Source: a virus (Duplodnaviria > Caudoviricetes). From it: 52,723 bases of DNA. The position numbers and the translations under genes were made by a program. The notes beneath the pieces are model-generated. The model was not told the DNA's origin and searched no databases. It saw nothing but the letters and a program-made list of their open reading frames with translations. The stretch is taken from IMG/VR virus record IMGVR_UViG_3300027973_000071, positions 1 to 52,723 of that record. One strand, 5' to 3'. Positions 28,101 through 37,248 of this stretch are shown piece after piece; the first letter of the stretch is position 1, and each line of letters starts with the position of its first letter.

Positions 28101-31100
28101 GCGCGGACAGGGCATGCCCGAGGAGACTGTCCAGCGCATCGCCTCCGGGAAGTCCGGCGAGCTGGCTCAGGCCAAGCAGGCAGCTATTGATGCCGGCGCC
28201 AACTTGTTCGACGCCCTGACCGATGTCACCGGCGCCAAGCTGAACATCACCGGCCAGCGTTACACCGTCTCTGATCTGCCTCCTGCGCTAGTCAAAGTCA
28301 TGTCCGCGCTGGTAAAGCTGGGCTACGTCAAGTTCAAGGACATCAGCGCCGAAGTTCTCAAGCGCATCTCCGCCAGTGAGAACTGGAAACATCTCACTAA
28401 GTACGTGACGCCGGCCATGCTGCGTCAGGCTTACAACTCTCTGCCAGACTTTGAGGGCAAGGAGACGCTGGGAGCTGAAGGTAAACAGCCGGCCAAGTGG
28501 ATGGCCACGCCTCCGGCCGAGCTGCTGCCTGAGTCGAGTACCGTCAAGTCAACCACCACTCAAATGACCGGGGCCTTGAAGGCCGAGGGCAAAAACCTTC
28601 CTGAGCCGCTGCCAAAAACGCAGGTGCAGGCCGAGCAGGCGGAAGCGAGAACTGGTGCAGCCCCCGCGCCAAAAACCGTAACTCAAGAGATTCGCGGCCG
28701 CATTAAGAAGATGCCGCTGGGCAAGGACTACGACAAGGCCAGCCAGCTTCTGAACGAAGGCAAGTACGACGAGGCTGAAGCCGTCGTCAACGACTGGTAC
28801 CGAAAGCAACAGGAGCCTGACAAAACCCAGGTCAAGGGCACGCGCCGTGTCGCAGATCTTTTGTCCCGAGTGCGAGAAAAGTTTGGTATCGGCGAGACCA
28901 ACGTCGTTACCTTGGGTGGCGAAGAAGTCACCCGCGGTGGTTTCGAGTCGACAACCATTGCCAAGAAAGTCGAAGAGCTTCTGTCCGGCGAGCCGACCAA
29001 GGCAAACATCGAAACTGTGCAAGAGCTGTTGCAGATCGAGGCGACTCGCTTGGCTGAGGCTCTGCTTCTGAATGGCCGGTCCAGGGCATCCGAGCAGCTC
29101 TTCAAGTACATGGACCTCGGCTACGCCAAGGTTGCCGAGCAGCGCAAGCTGGCAGGCAGCTACGAATTCGCCGAGGAAGATGGTGATTTCTCCGCCGACA
29201 ACCGAGTCGAGACGCTCGGCATCACCTTCGATCCGACGGCTCGACCCCTGAGCGACGAGGCCCTCAATAAGCTGCCCAACATCAAGCGATATCTCTCGAG
29301 CTTGACCCAAGCGAAGCAGTGGGCGAACCGATTCGTCCTGGGCAAGTTCAGTGGTGGTCGCCTTGAGGCTCTGAACGCTACGTTTGGTCGCCTGCTTGAG
29401 TACAAGGCTCGCGAAGAAGCCATTCGAGAGAGGCTGCTGAAGAAGCAGATTGACATGCCCCTCGACTCCGAGATGACGCCCGCGCAGAAGCGCCTTGAGG
29501 CCCGTCTGGATCGAGTGTTCAGCCGCCTCACTGGCGCCGGCGTTCTGAGCGAAGGCCTGCAAAACCTGCGCGACCGCATCGCCGAACTGGACGATCAGAT
29601 CCGGAGCATGGATTCTGACGTGGTCGAGATTGAGGGTGCCGGCGGCAAGAAGCGCACAGTCATCTCCCGCCGTAGCGAGCGGCTCGACGACATGCGTCAT
29701 CTGTTTGGCTTCAACGACGAGAGCAACTACGCCCTGCGTGACGAAGGATTCACCTCCGATCGTGGCGACAGCGACCGGGATGCTCTTGTCTACGAGCGTC
29801 GCAAGCTGTCGCAGGAGCTGGAGGAAGCGACCAAAAAGAGCGCGTCCGGAAAGGCTAAGCAGTTGCGCATTGCCTTGGACAACATCATCGACAAGATGAT
29901 GATGGCAGCCCAGGCGGCTCAGGCTGTCGGCATGTCGTACACCGACATCGCAATGGTCACCGCCAAGTACGGCGACTTGCTGAGCATGATCTCCGGAGAG
30001 AAAGCGGGCGGCGAGACGGCGCGCCGATTCCGGACCGACATCGATAACATGACGGCATCCGGCGTCCCTGCCGCTCAAGCCCGTCAGTCGGTGCTGGCTA
30101 AGTACGTAGAAGCCGGCCTGATGAACGAGGACGGCTCCGTTCGTTTGGCCGAGGACGCAAAGCGAATCCGCGCCGAGATAGAGGAAGACGGCTTTAACAC
30201 GGCAGAAACACTGACGGGAGACCTATTCGAGGCCAACAAACTGGCCGAGGCAGTGGCTTCTGGTCAGATGTCTCCTGAGCAAGCGGCCCGCGAGGCTGGG
30301 GCAACAGACACTCGCGAGGTTGTGCGGGAGGCGATGGGCAAGCTGGCCGACCAGATGAAAAACCTGTCTGCCGATCAGCGTTTTGCCAAGCTAAAAGAAG
30401 TTGCCGTCTGGGTTGCCAAGAACATGCGGTCGCAAGACCTGACGTTCCGAGACGTCCAAGAGGCTTTCCGCTCACGCGGCATTGACTTCCCGCTAGAGAT
30501 GGTGAGCAACACCTTCCTAGCTGTTCATACACCGATGCTCGACTACGCGGAATCGAACGGCGGCGGATATGCCCCCCGCGAGTTTTGGCTTCGCTCGATG
30601 GATCAGGCTCTTTCATTTAATGGAAGTCTGCTGTACCAAGGCCCATTCTCGGAGGCTGAGGTGCAGATGTATGAAGAGTGGAAAGATCGCCAGGAGGAAA
30701 TGCTGTCTCGCCGGAAGCCTGCTCAGATTGCTTACGGGACGAATTCCGACGAGGCATTCAGCGGAATGCTGTTCATGAAGTACGGGCTTGCGCAAATGCG
30801 CAATCCACGATTGATTGCCAGCGAGCGCGATCGCCTGATGCTTACCAACTCGATTTCTGATCTGGTTGGTGCATGGCACCGTGATCTGGCTCTCGCTCTT
30901 GAAATGCGTCCCGATCTTCGCTCCGAGCTGCTGGACATTGATAGTGGTTCGGTTCTCCCCACCGACTACACCTCTCACCAGCGATGGGTAGAGCAGCAGA
31001 ACAAGGTCAACGCCCGCAAAGCGGCGATCATTGAAAAGTCGCAGTACCACCTTGCCCTGCCGAGCCTACAAGGCCTGAGCGACACGGAGATCGTGGCCCT

Positions 31101-34100
31101 TAAGGATCGGCTCATAAAGGCCGATGTGGCAGAGTATGACGCGATTCTTCAGCAGACCAACAATCTGGCCGCCATTCGTAGCGGCGCAAAAACCAGGATC
31201 GATCCGGAGACTGGGGAAATAATTAGCGAGGCGGATGCCGCTGCTGCCGATTACGTATCCGACCTGTTGGAGCAAGAGCAGAACAAAGAATTTGCTCTTG
31301 AGGTGGACGGATCCTTCGGTCGAGACTTGGCATACGCCAACGAGGATACCGCGCAAACTGAGCGAGACAGCAGCATCGATCAGATTGCGGACGAGGAAGG
31401 AAACGAGCTGATTGCCGAGCGCGAGCAAGTCGCCGAAGAAGTCGATCAAGAGGTGTCTGACTCAGAGAGGATCAAGCTCGACGACTCTTCGCGTTTCAAG
31501 CGCGGCTTTTTTTCTGGTCGCCTTACCCATGCGGTGGTGGCCGACATGGTTTCTCGCCTGACTGCCGGCTGGAAGGGCGCTCCGCAGATCGTCGTCCTCA
31601 AGAACGTGGCCCAGCTCCCCGACGGAGTGCGTGAGCGGGTCATGGCTAAAGGTCTTGATGCCGCCGGCCTGTTCGATGGCGAGACCGGCATGGTCTACAT
31701 CTTCTCGGACTTTGTCTCTAGCGAAGCGGATGTCCAGTTTGTCCTATTCCATGAGGTTGATGGTCACCTCGGCATGCGGGCGTTCCTCGGCACCGAGTTT
31801 GACTCTTTCCTTAACCTCATGTACCGCACCCGCCCAGAGGTGCGCAAAGCTGCCGACGAGCGAATTGCTCGCGGCATGCCAAAACTTGAAGCGATCGATG
31901 AGGCTTTGGCCGACATGGCCGGCGAAGACCGCAACGTCTCTGCCGTCAAGGCCTGGGTTGGAAAAATCATTACAGGCCTTCGCAAACTTGGATTCGGAAA
32001 AGTTGCTGACTGGATGGCAACCCTGACTGATTCCGAGCTGGCGTATCACCTCAAGAGCGCCAAGGATGCAGCCCGCAATGGCGGCTACCGACTTCTCAAC
32101 GGAGCCCCCGGAGAGATCCGATTTGCCGAAGCCAAACACGACCGCCTGTACGAAATCTTCTCGGTCAAGGACGGCAAGACCACGGCTTATGCTAGGTTCA
32201 ACCCGATCCAACAGACCTGGGCGGTGTACGAAAACGACGGCGACGATGTGCGCCTGAGCTTCACTGTGCGCGACATGGCCGAGTACCCCCGCGTCATGGC
32301 GGTCATGCGCGGCAAAGGCAAAGTCGAGTTCCGCAAACGCTCGGGCCTGTTCATCGACGACAAAATTAGTATCGATCTGGTGAAGATGCCCCGCGCTGAA
32401 GATCTCAACGCCGTCCAGCGCTGGATGCGATCGATGATCACGAAGTACCAGAACGAGTTCCGTCCTGTCTTTGATGTGGTCCGCACCCTGCGCGGGGCCG
32501 GCAAGATCAACCAGTACAACGACCTCGAATTGGCGCTTAACAATTGGGAACGTAAGGCCGGCGCCAAGATTGCGGAGTTCCGAAGAAAAATTGTGCAGCC
32601 AATCTCTCAGCTAACCAAGGAGATTGGTAAGGCCGGCGGTAGCTACGACTTCATCAACAAGTACCTGATCGCTCGTCACGCTGTAGAGCGAAACAAGCGA
32701 GTCTCAAAAGTTAACCAGGACTCCAGCAGTGGCTCGGGCATGACAAACGCGGAGGCGGCCGAAATCCTTAATGAAGCCCAGGCCAAACCATTCTTCAACC
32801 TGCTTGAAGAACTTGGGGCCAAGGTTGACGAAATGTCAAACTTCAAGATCAACTACCTTCGCAACACCGGAATGATCACCGGCAAAGCGTGGGCAAAGAT
32901 GAAGTCGGCCTACAAGCATTACGTCAACCTCAGCGGCGAGAAAAGCGCTGACGGCTTTGATCATGTTGACGACCCTGCTTGGATGGTTGGACAGAAGTTC
33001 AACGTCAAGGGCGTCGAGAAGCGGGCATTTGGGCGAGAGGGCTTGGCGGAGGATGTCCTGGCTCGCACAGTCTTGGGCGCTGAGGCGGCAATCATTCGGG
33101 GTCAGAAGAATCTGGTGGACCTGACTCTGCTGGCTATGCTTGAGTCGAATTACGACCCGAACTTCGCCGTCATTAACGAGATCTCATACATCCGAAAACT
33201 CAATGAGGATGGACAGGTAGATAGTGTCGAGGACGAAAAATATATTAGCCGCAAGGATGTGATGGTGGCTAAGGTCAACGGCATACCAGTGACCATTCGC
33301 TTCAAGGACATGAGCAAGGGGTCTTTCGGCGATGCTATGTTTGGCACCGTCTATCCAAAAGAAACCAGCTCCTTCATGGAGGCCCTTGGCTGGTTCAACC
33401 AGAAGATGGGCCAGATGCTCACGACTTACAACCCGGCATGGGTTCCCGTCAACTTCATTCGTGATGCCGGCAACTTGTTCTTCAACGCCGCCGCCGACAA
33501 ACGCTTCACCAACGCCCAAGCCGCTCAAATGCTGCGCCTGATCCCGAAGGCTGCAAAGGTGGCGCTGCACATTGCCAGTAACGGCGCTCGGTTTAACAAC
33601 GTGGATCCGGAGGTGATGCGAATGTACCGGGAGATGGAGCGCGAGGGCGGCCTTGTCAGCTTCATGGATCGCAAGGGCTTGGAAGAGCAAGTCAAAGAGC
33701 TGCACGCTCTGCTGGGTGATCGGAACAAATTGCAGAAGGCGGGAGACACACTTCAATCCTTCCTGGACAAAATGGAGTACATGAGCCTGCCGATGGAATT
33801 GGCTCCCCGCTTGGCGGCATACACGGTTGCTCGCCAAAGCGGCATGTCAGCCAAAGAGGCAGCCAAGTTCGCCGGCGAGATCACCGTGAACTTCAACATG
33901 CGCGGCTCAAACAAGGCGGTGCGTCAGCTCTTCCTGTTCTTTAACCCGGCAGTCCAGGGTTCCGCCAAGCTGCTTAGCCTGTTCGGAGAACTTACTCCTG
34001 ACTACAAGCTCAAGTTGAAAGCTAAAGGTTGGTACTATGCCTCTGCATGGATCGCTTTGGGTGCGCTCGGCAACCTCATGGCTCGAGCCTTCTCGGACGA

Positions 34101-35085
34101 CGACGAGGATGGCCGTAACGCACTCGACAAAGTGCCAACGTATAAACGAGCAACTTCACTGATCCTTGCTGTTGATGTTCCTGGCGCCGCGATCCCAATC
34201 CCGTACGGCTGGAACGCCTTCTTTGCAATGGGCCACTTCATGATGGACACGCTGCTTGGCATCCAGCCTCTGTCGGTGAGCGCCGGGCGGGTAGCCAAGG
34301 CTGCATTCGAGGCGTACTCGCCGATTGGTGGCGCTGGCCTTGACTCCAAGAACCTCTCCACCGGGATTGCTAAGGCTGTTGCACCAACCGCAACCCTGCC
34401 CATCGTTGAGTGGATCGCCAACGAGAACCGCTTCGGCGCTCCGATCCGAATGACCGGAGATAACTTTGGTGGCGCTGTCAAACCGGAAAGCCAGATGGCG
34501 TTCCGCTCTGTCTCGCCGATCTCGCAGGGCATCGCCAATGCAGCGAATGAGCTGTTCGGCGGTAACAAGGCGAAGGCCGGGCCGCTTGACTTCAACCCGG
34601 CGGCAATGGACTTCATCATCAGCTCATACCTTCCAGGCGTGATCAACGAAACCTACAAGGCGGCATCTACCGGAGTTCGCGTCGCCAGGGGTGAAGAGAT
34701 CAAGAATACTCCTCTCCCAATCATCGATCGGTTCACGGCTAAGACGCCTGAGGGTTTTGATGCCGGCGCATTCCGTCGGGCCAAAGAGATGATCGAGACG
34801 GCGTACAGGGAGTATCAGATGTACCCCGAGCGACGCGATGAGATTCGCAAAGAATCACCGGGCCTGATGAGGGCGCATGCTGTGGTGGCTGGCGCCACGC
34901 AACAGATCCGCTCTATGCGATCAACGCAAAACGAGATCGAAATGAACCCCAGGTTCACCGAGGCCGAGCTGGTTTCTCGCCGCAACGAGATGCGCAAGCG
35001 TGAAGATCAGGTCTACAAGCGGGCGGTGAAGGCGGTCATGGAGGCCGGGCCTGAATACCGCGAACGAGTCATGGCAGCAGACTAA
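25132..35085 (+). CDS. Giant polyvalent internal virion protein (GNAT-like, zincin-like and LPD38-like domains)
   Basis: 3317 aa. Gly/Ala membrane-like N-region with EGLTEGTQ; RRKGIATALY (~27390-27423); HEVDGHLG (31750-31773); C-terminal IPIPYG...ANENRFGAPI. Confidence 0.8.
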   Translation: MALFENPYDPEDSKEESGSKGFGLRLYKSASEAFSQDVSPRAYAESRAATPPATGMQGAFQSVFGPQKPVAGGAASGASAGGSDLQSAFASVFGNAPVAAPKQEEQGNFSRGFSVSGKQLKQTLYGTAALVGDTVGSSTVREWGLKGYKDAEKEIQGISKESDSFTSAVSTGEIGKWLGYTSGYLVGQVSEMGVAALAGGIAGSAVAPGAGTVTGAVTGAIEKGAVQAGIRGFVGKMIDKEAAKIGAELAAKGVAKEVAEREATMLATKSVYRMIGANTANTFLNATGELGAIYGDAVEEAAKTGQEYSLGKVWLSGIAATAVDSWADSKSLGKLMGSLGGDKAIRGVAMEALKGGLREGLTEGTQTVIERWGANKDLTSREAFKDYIDSAAVGVLGGGVSGAASGAINKLTAGPDTKPGGALPDERGRPIDSGATADERAGLLNQRPAIPVDEVTSSLRDPGQLAFIYNSADPDTRQSIEQAAYRVGITTEQFRAAVNNKANIAAGQAVLGNEPLFTQDLIAGIESFATTPPVNRGPKVMNINKTATAAPSQFDLLGTEPPTSSAAPAAVVEPQQQQPAAPAAPLTLRQRLINQFGANESIPQGWEILGEGKYGIISAQEPYSPSADIHRRVYTHKSLGGLWFNKEKDVFDALKIRRESGESVSAIAPAQQQAPAPAAVTQTAPSAPNKVQLKDGSTVTLSKTAAPNAFSALVRSQYGEPIAIVALDASGAEVGRLTYMEGGGPIDVKVPEKDRRKGIATALYDELESAGGKLPDVNSGVAISDAARSVRESRERQASATPATPAAPAPVEQGVRSPSERERNSFAAWAAMDLNDRKYLFAKEGGQYEILVFDQGKNRVEWAVRNIGDTRSNVLSEGRAFPEDISPRMAALLTELSKTKVENTAQRDALMGQIQAEAMQQSASSAAPAAEVSPAADQNISEAQTPSAPRALDVGREALLEAHFEDEFAKIRGKQGKTAKDRAEKLVQMMRGQGMPEETVQRIASGKSGELAQAKQAAIDAGANLFDALTDVTGAKLNITGQRYTVSDLPPALVKVMSALVKLGYVKFKDISAEVLKRISASENWKHLTKYVTPAMLRQAYNSLPDFEGKETLGAEGKQPAKWMATPPAELLPESSTVKSTTTQMTGALKAEGKNLPEPLPKTQVQAEQAEARTGAAPAPKTVTQEIRGRIKKMPLGKDYDKASQLLNEGKYDEAEAVVNDWYRKQQEPDKTQVKGTRRVADLLSRVREKFGIGETNVVTLGGEEVTRGGFESTTIAKKVEELLSGEPTKANIETVQELLQIEATRLAEALLLNGRSRASEQLFKYMDLGYAKVAEQRKLAGSYEFAEEDGDFSADNRVETLGITFDPTARPLSDEALNKLPNIKRYLSSLTQAKQWANRFVLGKFSGGRLEALNATFGRLLEYKAREEAIRERLLKKQIDMPLDSEMTPAQKRLEARLDRVFSRLTGAGVLSEGLQNLRDRIAELDDQIRSMDSDVVEIEGAGGKKRTVISRRSERLDDMRHLFGFNDESNYALRDEGFTSDRGDSDRDALVYERRKLSQELEEATKKSASGKAKQLRIALDNIIDKMMMAAQAAQAVGMSYTDIAMVTAKYGDLLSMISGEKAGGETARRFRTDIDNMTASGVPAAQARQSVLAKYVEAGLMNEDGSVRLAEDAKRIRAEIEEDGFNTAETLTGDLFEANKLAEAVASGQMSPEQAAREAGATDTREVVREAMGKLADQMKNLSADQRFAKLKEVAVWVAKNMRSQDLTFRDVQEAFRSRGIDFPLEMVSNTFLAVHTPMLDYAESNGGGYAPREFWLRSMDQALSFNGSLLYQGPFSEAEVQMYEEWKDRQEEMLSRRKPAQIAYGTNSDEAFSGMLFMKYGLAQMRNPRLIASERDRLMLTNSISDLVGAWHRDLALALEMRPDLRSELLDIDSGSVLPTDYTSHQRWVEQQNKVNARKAAIIEKSQYHLALPSLQGLSDTEIVALKDRLIKADVAEYDAILQQTNNLAAIRSGAKTRIDPETGEIISEADAAAADYVSDLLEQEQNKEFALEVDGSFGRDLAYANEDTAQTERDSSIDQIADEEGNELIAEREQVAEEVDQEVSDSERIKLDDSSRFKRGFFSGRLTHAVVADMVSRLTAGWKGAPQIVVLKNVAQLPDGVRERVMAKGLDAAGLFDGETGMVYIFSDFVSSEADVQFVLFHEVDGHLGMRAFLGTEFDSFLNLMYRTRPEVRKAADERIARGMPKLEAIDEALADMAGEDRNVSAVKAWVGKIITGLRKLGFGKVADWMATLTDSELAYHLKSAKDAARNGGYRLLNGAPGEIRFAEAKHDRLYEIFSVKDGKTTAYARFNPIQQTWAVYENDGDDVRLSFTVRDMAEYPRVMAVMRGKGKVEFRKRSGLFIDDKISIDLVKMPRAEDLNAVQRWMRSMITKYQNEFRPVFDVVRTLRGAGKINQYNDLELALNNWERKAGAKIAEFRRKIVQPISQLTKEIGKAGGSYDFINKYLIARHAVERNKRVSKVNQDSSSGSGMTNAEAAEILNEAQAKPFFNLLEELGAKVDEMSNFKINYLRNTGMITGKAWAKMKSAYKHYVNLSGEKSADGFDHVDDPAWMVGQKFNVKGVEKRAFGREGLAEDVLARTVLGAEAAIIRGQKNLVDLTLLAMLESNYDPNFAVINEISYIRKLNEDGQVDSVEDEKYISRKDVMVAKVNGIPVTIRFKDMSKGSFGDAMFGTVYPKETSSFMEALGWFNQKMGQMLTTYNPAWVPVNFIRDAGNLFFNAAADKRFTNAQAAQMLRLIPKAAKVALHIASNGARFNNVDPEVMRMYREMEREGGLVSFMDRKGLEEQVKELHALLGDRNKLQKAGDTLQSFLDKMEYMSLPMELAPRLAAYTVARQSGMSAKEAAKFAGEITVNFNMRGSNKAVRQLFLFFNPAVQGSAKLLSLFGELTPDYKLKLKAKGWYYASAWIALGALGNLMARAFSDDDEDGRNALDKVPTYKRATSLILAVDVPGAAIPIPYGWNAFFAMGHFMMDTLLGIQPLSVSAGRVAKAAFEAYSPIGGAGLDSKNLSTGIAKAVAPTATLPIVEWIANENRFGAPIRMTGDNFGGAVKPESQMAFRSVSPISQGIANAANELFGGNKAKAGPLDFNPAAMDFIISSYLPGVINETYKAASTGVRVARGEEIKNTPLPIIDRFTAKTPEGFDAGAFRRAKEMIETAYREYQMYPERRDEIRKESPGLMRAHAVVAGATQQIRSMRSTQNEIEMNPRFTEAELVSRRNEMRKREDQVYKRAVKAVMEAGPEYRERVMAAD

Positions 35086-35543
35086 TGACCTGCGTTGTCG
35101 CCTCCACCAAGCACGGATGCGTAGCGTCCGATACTAGGTGCAGTTCCGACAGCGCAATGGTTTCCGTAAACAAGATCCGTCGCGTTGGTCGCTCGATCAT
35201 CGGCGCTGCGGGAGATTGGTCCGATGTCCTGAAGTTCTGGGACATGATCGAGCGCAAGAAGAAGAAAGACACCGGGCTTACTGAAAGCTCGGAGCTGGAG
35301 GCTATCGAGCTTCACCCTGGCGGGATCTTTCTGTACAACTCCAGCGGTTTGAAGTACGCCGTTAAAGACGAGTACTTCGCCATTGGGAGCGGAGGGCCAT
35401 ATGCGATGGGCGCATTGGCTATGGGGGCCACGCCAGAAGAGGCGGTAGCAATTGCTACCCGCTTCGACCCCAGCACGGGCGGCGAGGTCGAGGCAATGTA
35501 CTTGAAGGTAGCAAATGGCATCAAGCAAACTAACCGAAGATGA
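35085..35543 (+). CDS. Ntn-hydrolase, proteasome-beta/HslV-like peptidase
   Basis: Thr at position 2 (MTCVV), ASDTR, NKI, GAAG, AIGSGG.YA.GA and AV..A...D..TGG. Confidence 0.8.
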   Translation: MTCVVASTKHGCVASDTRCSSDSAMVSVNKIRRVGRSIIGAAGDWSDVLKFWDMIERKKKKDTGLTESSELEAIELHPGGIFLYNSSGLKYAVKDEYFAIGSGGPYAMGALAMGATPEEAVAIATRFDPSTGGEVEAMYLKVANGIKQTNRR

Positions 35544-36492
35544 GTTCATAGCTCTCTGGAGAGAGCATCAGTCCTCCTCGATTATTTCTCGTATTACAGG
35601 AATTGACGTCCGAGGTATACAGCGCCGCAGGGCTAGGCTTGAAGCGATGGGGACCGCCCTTCCGTCTGTTTATAAACCTGAGCAAGCTCGCACAGCAGGC
35701 AACGCTGAGCTGGTCATATCGGCCCGCCGAGACGTCAACCGGATAACCATCGACGACGGCACGATCATCGTGGGGTCGGATGCTCACTACTCGCCCGGCG
35801 TAATTCCAGTAGCGCACAAGGCCCTCTGCAACGTGCTTTCGGATTTCGGAACCGAGGTCAAGTTTGTAGTGCTTAATGGCGACATCCTGGATGGCGGATC
35901 TATTGGCCGCCACGACCGCATTCGGTGGCAGCGCAAGGTCAGTATCAAGGACGAGCTAGAGGCGGTTCAGGAACGTCTCGGAGATATCGAGAAGGTTAGG
36001 CCTGCCGGGTGCAAGCTGTTGCGCACCTATGGCAACCATTGCGCTCGGTTCGAGACTAGGCTCTCGAACAATGTCCCGGAGTATGAGGGGATTGGCGGCT
36101 TCCTGCTGCGCGACCATTTGCCATTTTGGACAGATTCCCTGCGTATTGACGTTAATGACGACATGGTCATCATCCATGACTGGCACTCGGGGGTCCACTC
36201 TGGCTACAACGATGCGCTCAAGGGTGGCTGTCATGTAGTCACAGGCCACACTCATGAACTTAGCGCCAAGGCCGTGCGCGGTTTTAAGCAGACTCACTAC
36301 GGCATCAAGACCGGGATGCTGGCAAACGAATACCAAGAAGAGTTCGACTATCGACAAGGCAAGCCGGGATTTAACTGGCAGTCCGGGTTCGCTGTCTTGA
36401 CTTGGAGGGATGGCGTTCTTTTGCACCCCGAGTTCTGCGCCGTGCGCGATGATGACAAGGCCTATTTCCGAGGGAAGCTTTATGCAGACTAA
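35515..36492 (+). CDS. Calcineurin-like metallophosphoesterase with N-terminal HTH-like region
   Basis: SDAH, NGDILD, GNH, IHD and GHTH motifs. Confidence 0.85.
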   Translation: MASSKLTEDEFIALWREHQSSSIISRITGIDVRGIQRRRARLEAMGTALPSVYKPEQARTAGNAELVISARRDVNRITIDDGTIIVGSDAHYSPGVIPVAHKALCNVLSDFGTEVKFVVLNGDILDGGSIGRHDRIRWQRKVSIKDELEAVQERLGDIEKVRPAGCKLLRTYGNHCARFETRLSNNVPEYEGIGGFLLRDHLPFWTDSLRIDVNDDMVIIHDWHSGVHSGYNDALKGGCHVVTGHTHELSAKAVRGFKQTHYGIKTGMLANEYQEEFDYRQGKPGFNWQSGFAVLTWRDGVLLHPEFCAVRDDDKAYFRGKLYAD

Positions 36493-36667
36493 ACCGAAGT
36501 CCCGAGTCAACGAGGCCGGCAATTACACCAAGCCGGCACTGCGCAAGAAGCTGTTCGAGCAGATCAAGGCTGGCAGCAAAGGAGGCGACCCTGGTGAGTG
36601 GAGCGCCCGCAAAGCTCAGATGCTTGCCAAGACCTACAAGGACGCTGGCGGCGGCTACAAGGACTGA
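36482..36667 (+). CDS. DUF5872-like protein, N-terminal half
   Basis: NYTKPALRKK...KGG.PGEWSARKAQ.LA..YK.AGGGY motif. Confidence 0.7.
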   Translation: MQTKPKSRVNEAGNYTKPALRKKLFEQIKAGSKGGDPGEWSARKAQMLAKTYKDAGGGYKD

Positions 36668-36669
36668 CT

Positions 36670-36903
36670 ATGAAAGCACCCCAGAAATCACTGAAGAAGT
36701 GGACTGAGCAGGAATGGCGCACCAGCGACGGCAAGCCGAGCGAGGGGAAGAAGCGCTACCTACCTGACGCGGCTTGGAAGTCTCTCAGCCCAGCAGAGAA
36801 GGCTGCAACCAACTCCGCCAAGGCTCAGGGCAACAAGGCCGGCAAGCAGTTCGTCAAACAACCTAAGGGCATTGCCGACAAAGTGGCAAAGTACCGCAAG
36901 TGA
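36670..36903 (+). CDS. DUF5872-like protein, C-terminal half
   Basis: QKSLKKWT.Q.W.T..G...RYLP..AW.SLS...KQFV.QP motif. Confidence 0.7.
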   Translation: MKAPQKSLKKWTEQEWRTSDGKPSEGKKRYLPDAAWKSLSPAEKAATNSAKAQGNKAGKQFVKQPKGIADKVAKYRK

Positions 36904-37067
36904 CTGTCACCTTCTGGTTAGTTCTAGTCCCTACCGCCTGCTACGCGCTGGCGTCAGGCCTGTACTTCTGGAAGGGTGACATACCCCTTGGGATCATTTA
37001 TTCAGGCTACGCCTGGGCCAACGTCGGCCTGATGTGGGTGGACTTCCTGCGCAGGCAGAACATATAG
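36900..37067 (+). CDS. Small two-TM membrane protein (55 aa; not in the ORF track)
   Basis: GTGA overlap; MTVTFWLVLVPTACYALASGLYFWKGDIPLGIIYSGYAWANVGLMWVDFLRRQNI. Confidence 0.65.
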   Translation: MTVTFWLVLVPTACYALASGLYFWKGDIPLGIIYSGYAWANVGLMWVDFLRRQNI

Positions 37068-37092
37068 GTTAGCTTTCCAGGCGGAAAACGTA

Positions 37093-37131
37093 CTTATATG
37101 ACCGCTTGTCTCTGTTAATCGGTCATATAAG
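37093..37131. terminator. 12-bp perfect inverted repeat between convergent operons
   Basis: CTTATATGACCG (37093-37104) pairs with CGGTCATATAAG (37120-37131). Confidence 0.5.
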
Positions 37132-37241
37132 GTGGGGGTACTAGCCGAGTCACCCAGCGCCACCGGCTGCGCAGCTTCCCCGCCGAGTAGTCCCAGCAGA
37201 GCGGCGGCAAGGGTGTGAGATCTCTCCTCGACGTTCCCCCC
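37131..37241 (-). ncRNA. Candidate multi-stem (tRNA-like) RNA element
   Basis: The minus strand begins GGGGGAAC and ends GTACCCCC-ACC; two internal hairpins (AGCCG/CGGCT, CCGCCG/CGGCGG). Confidence 0.35.
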
Positions 37242-37248
37242 GTAAAAC

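Noticed and set aside
28549-30078. 509-aa antisense ORF, and similar long antisense ORFs (51789-52646, 9707-10576, 39851-40645)
   Set aside because: These are shadows of GC-rich, codon-biased genes on the opposite strand; no RBS or motifs.
36662-36673. UGA-CUA stop-codon read-through context
   Set aside because: The next in-frame codon after CTA is another TGA, so read-through cannot fuse the two ORFs. Genes elsewhere end normally in all three stops, so there is no sign of genetic-code reassignment.
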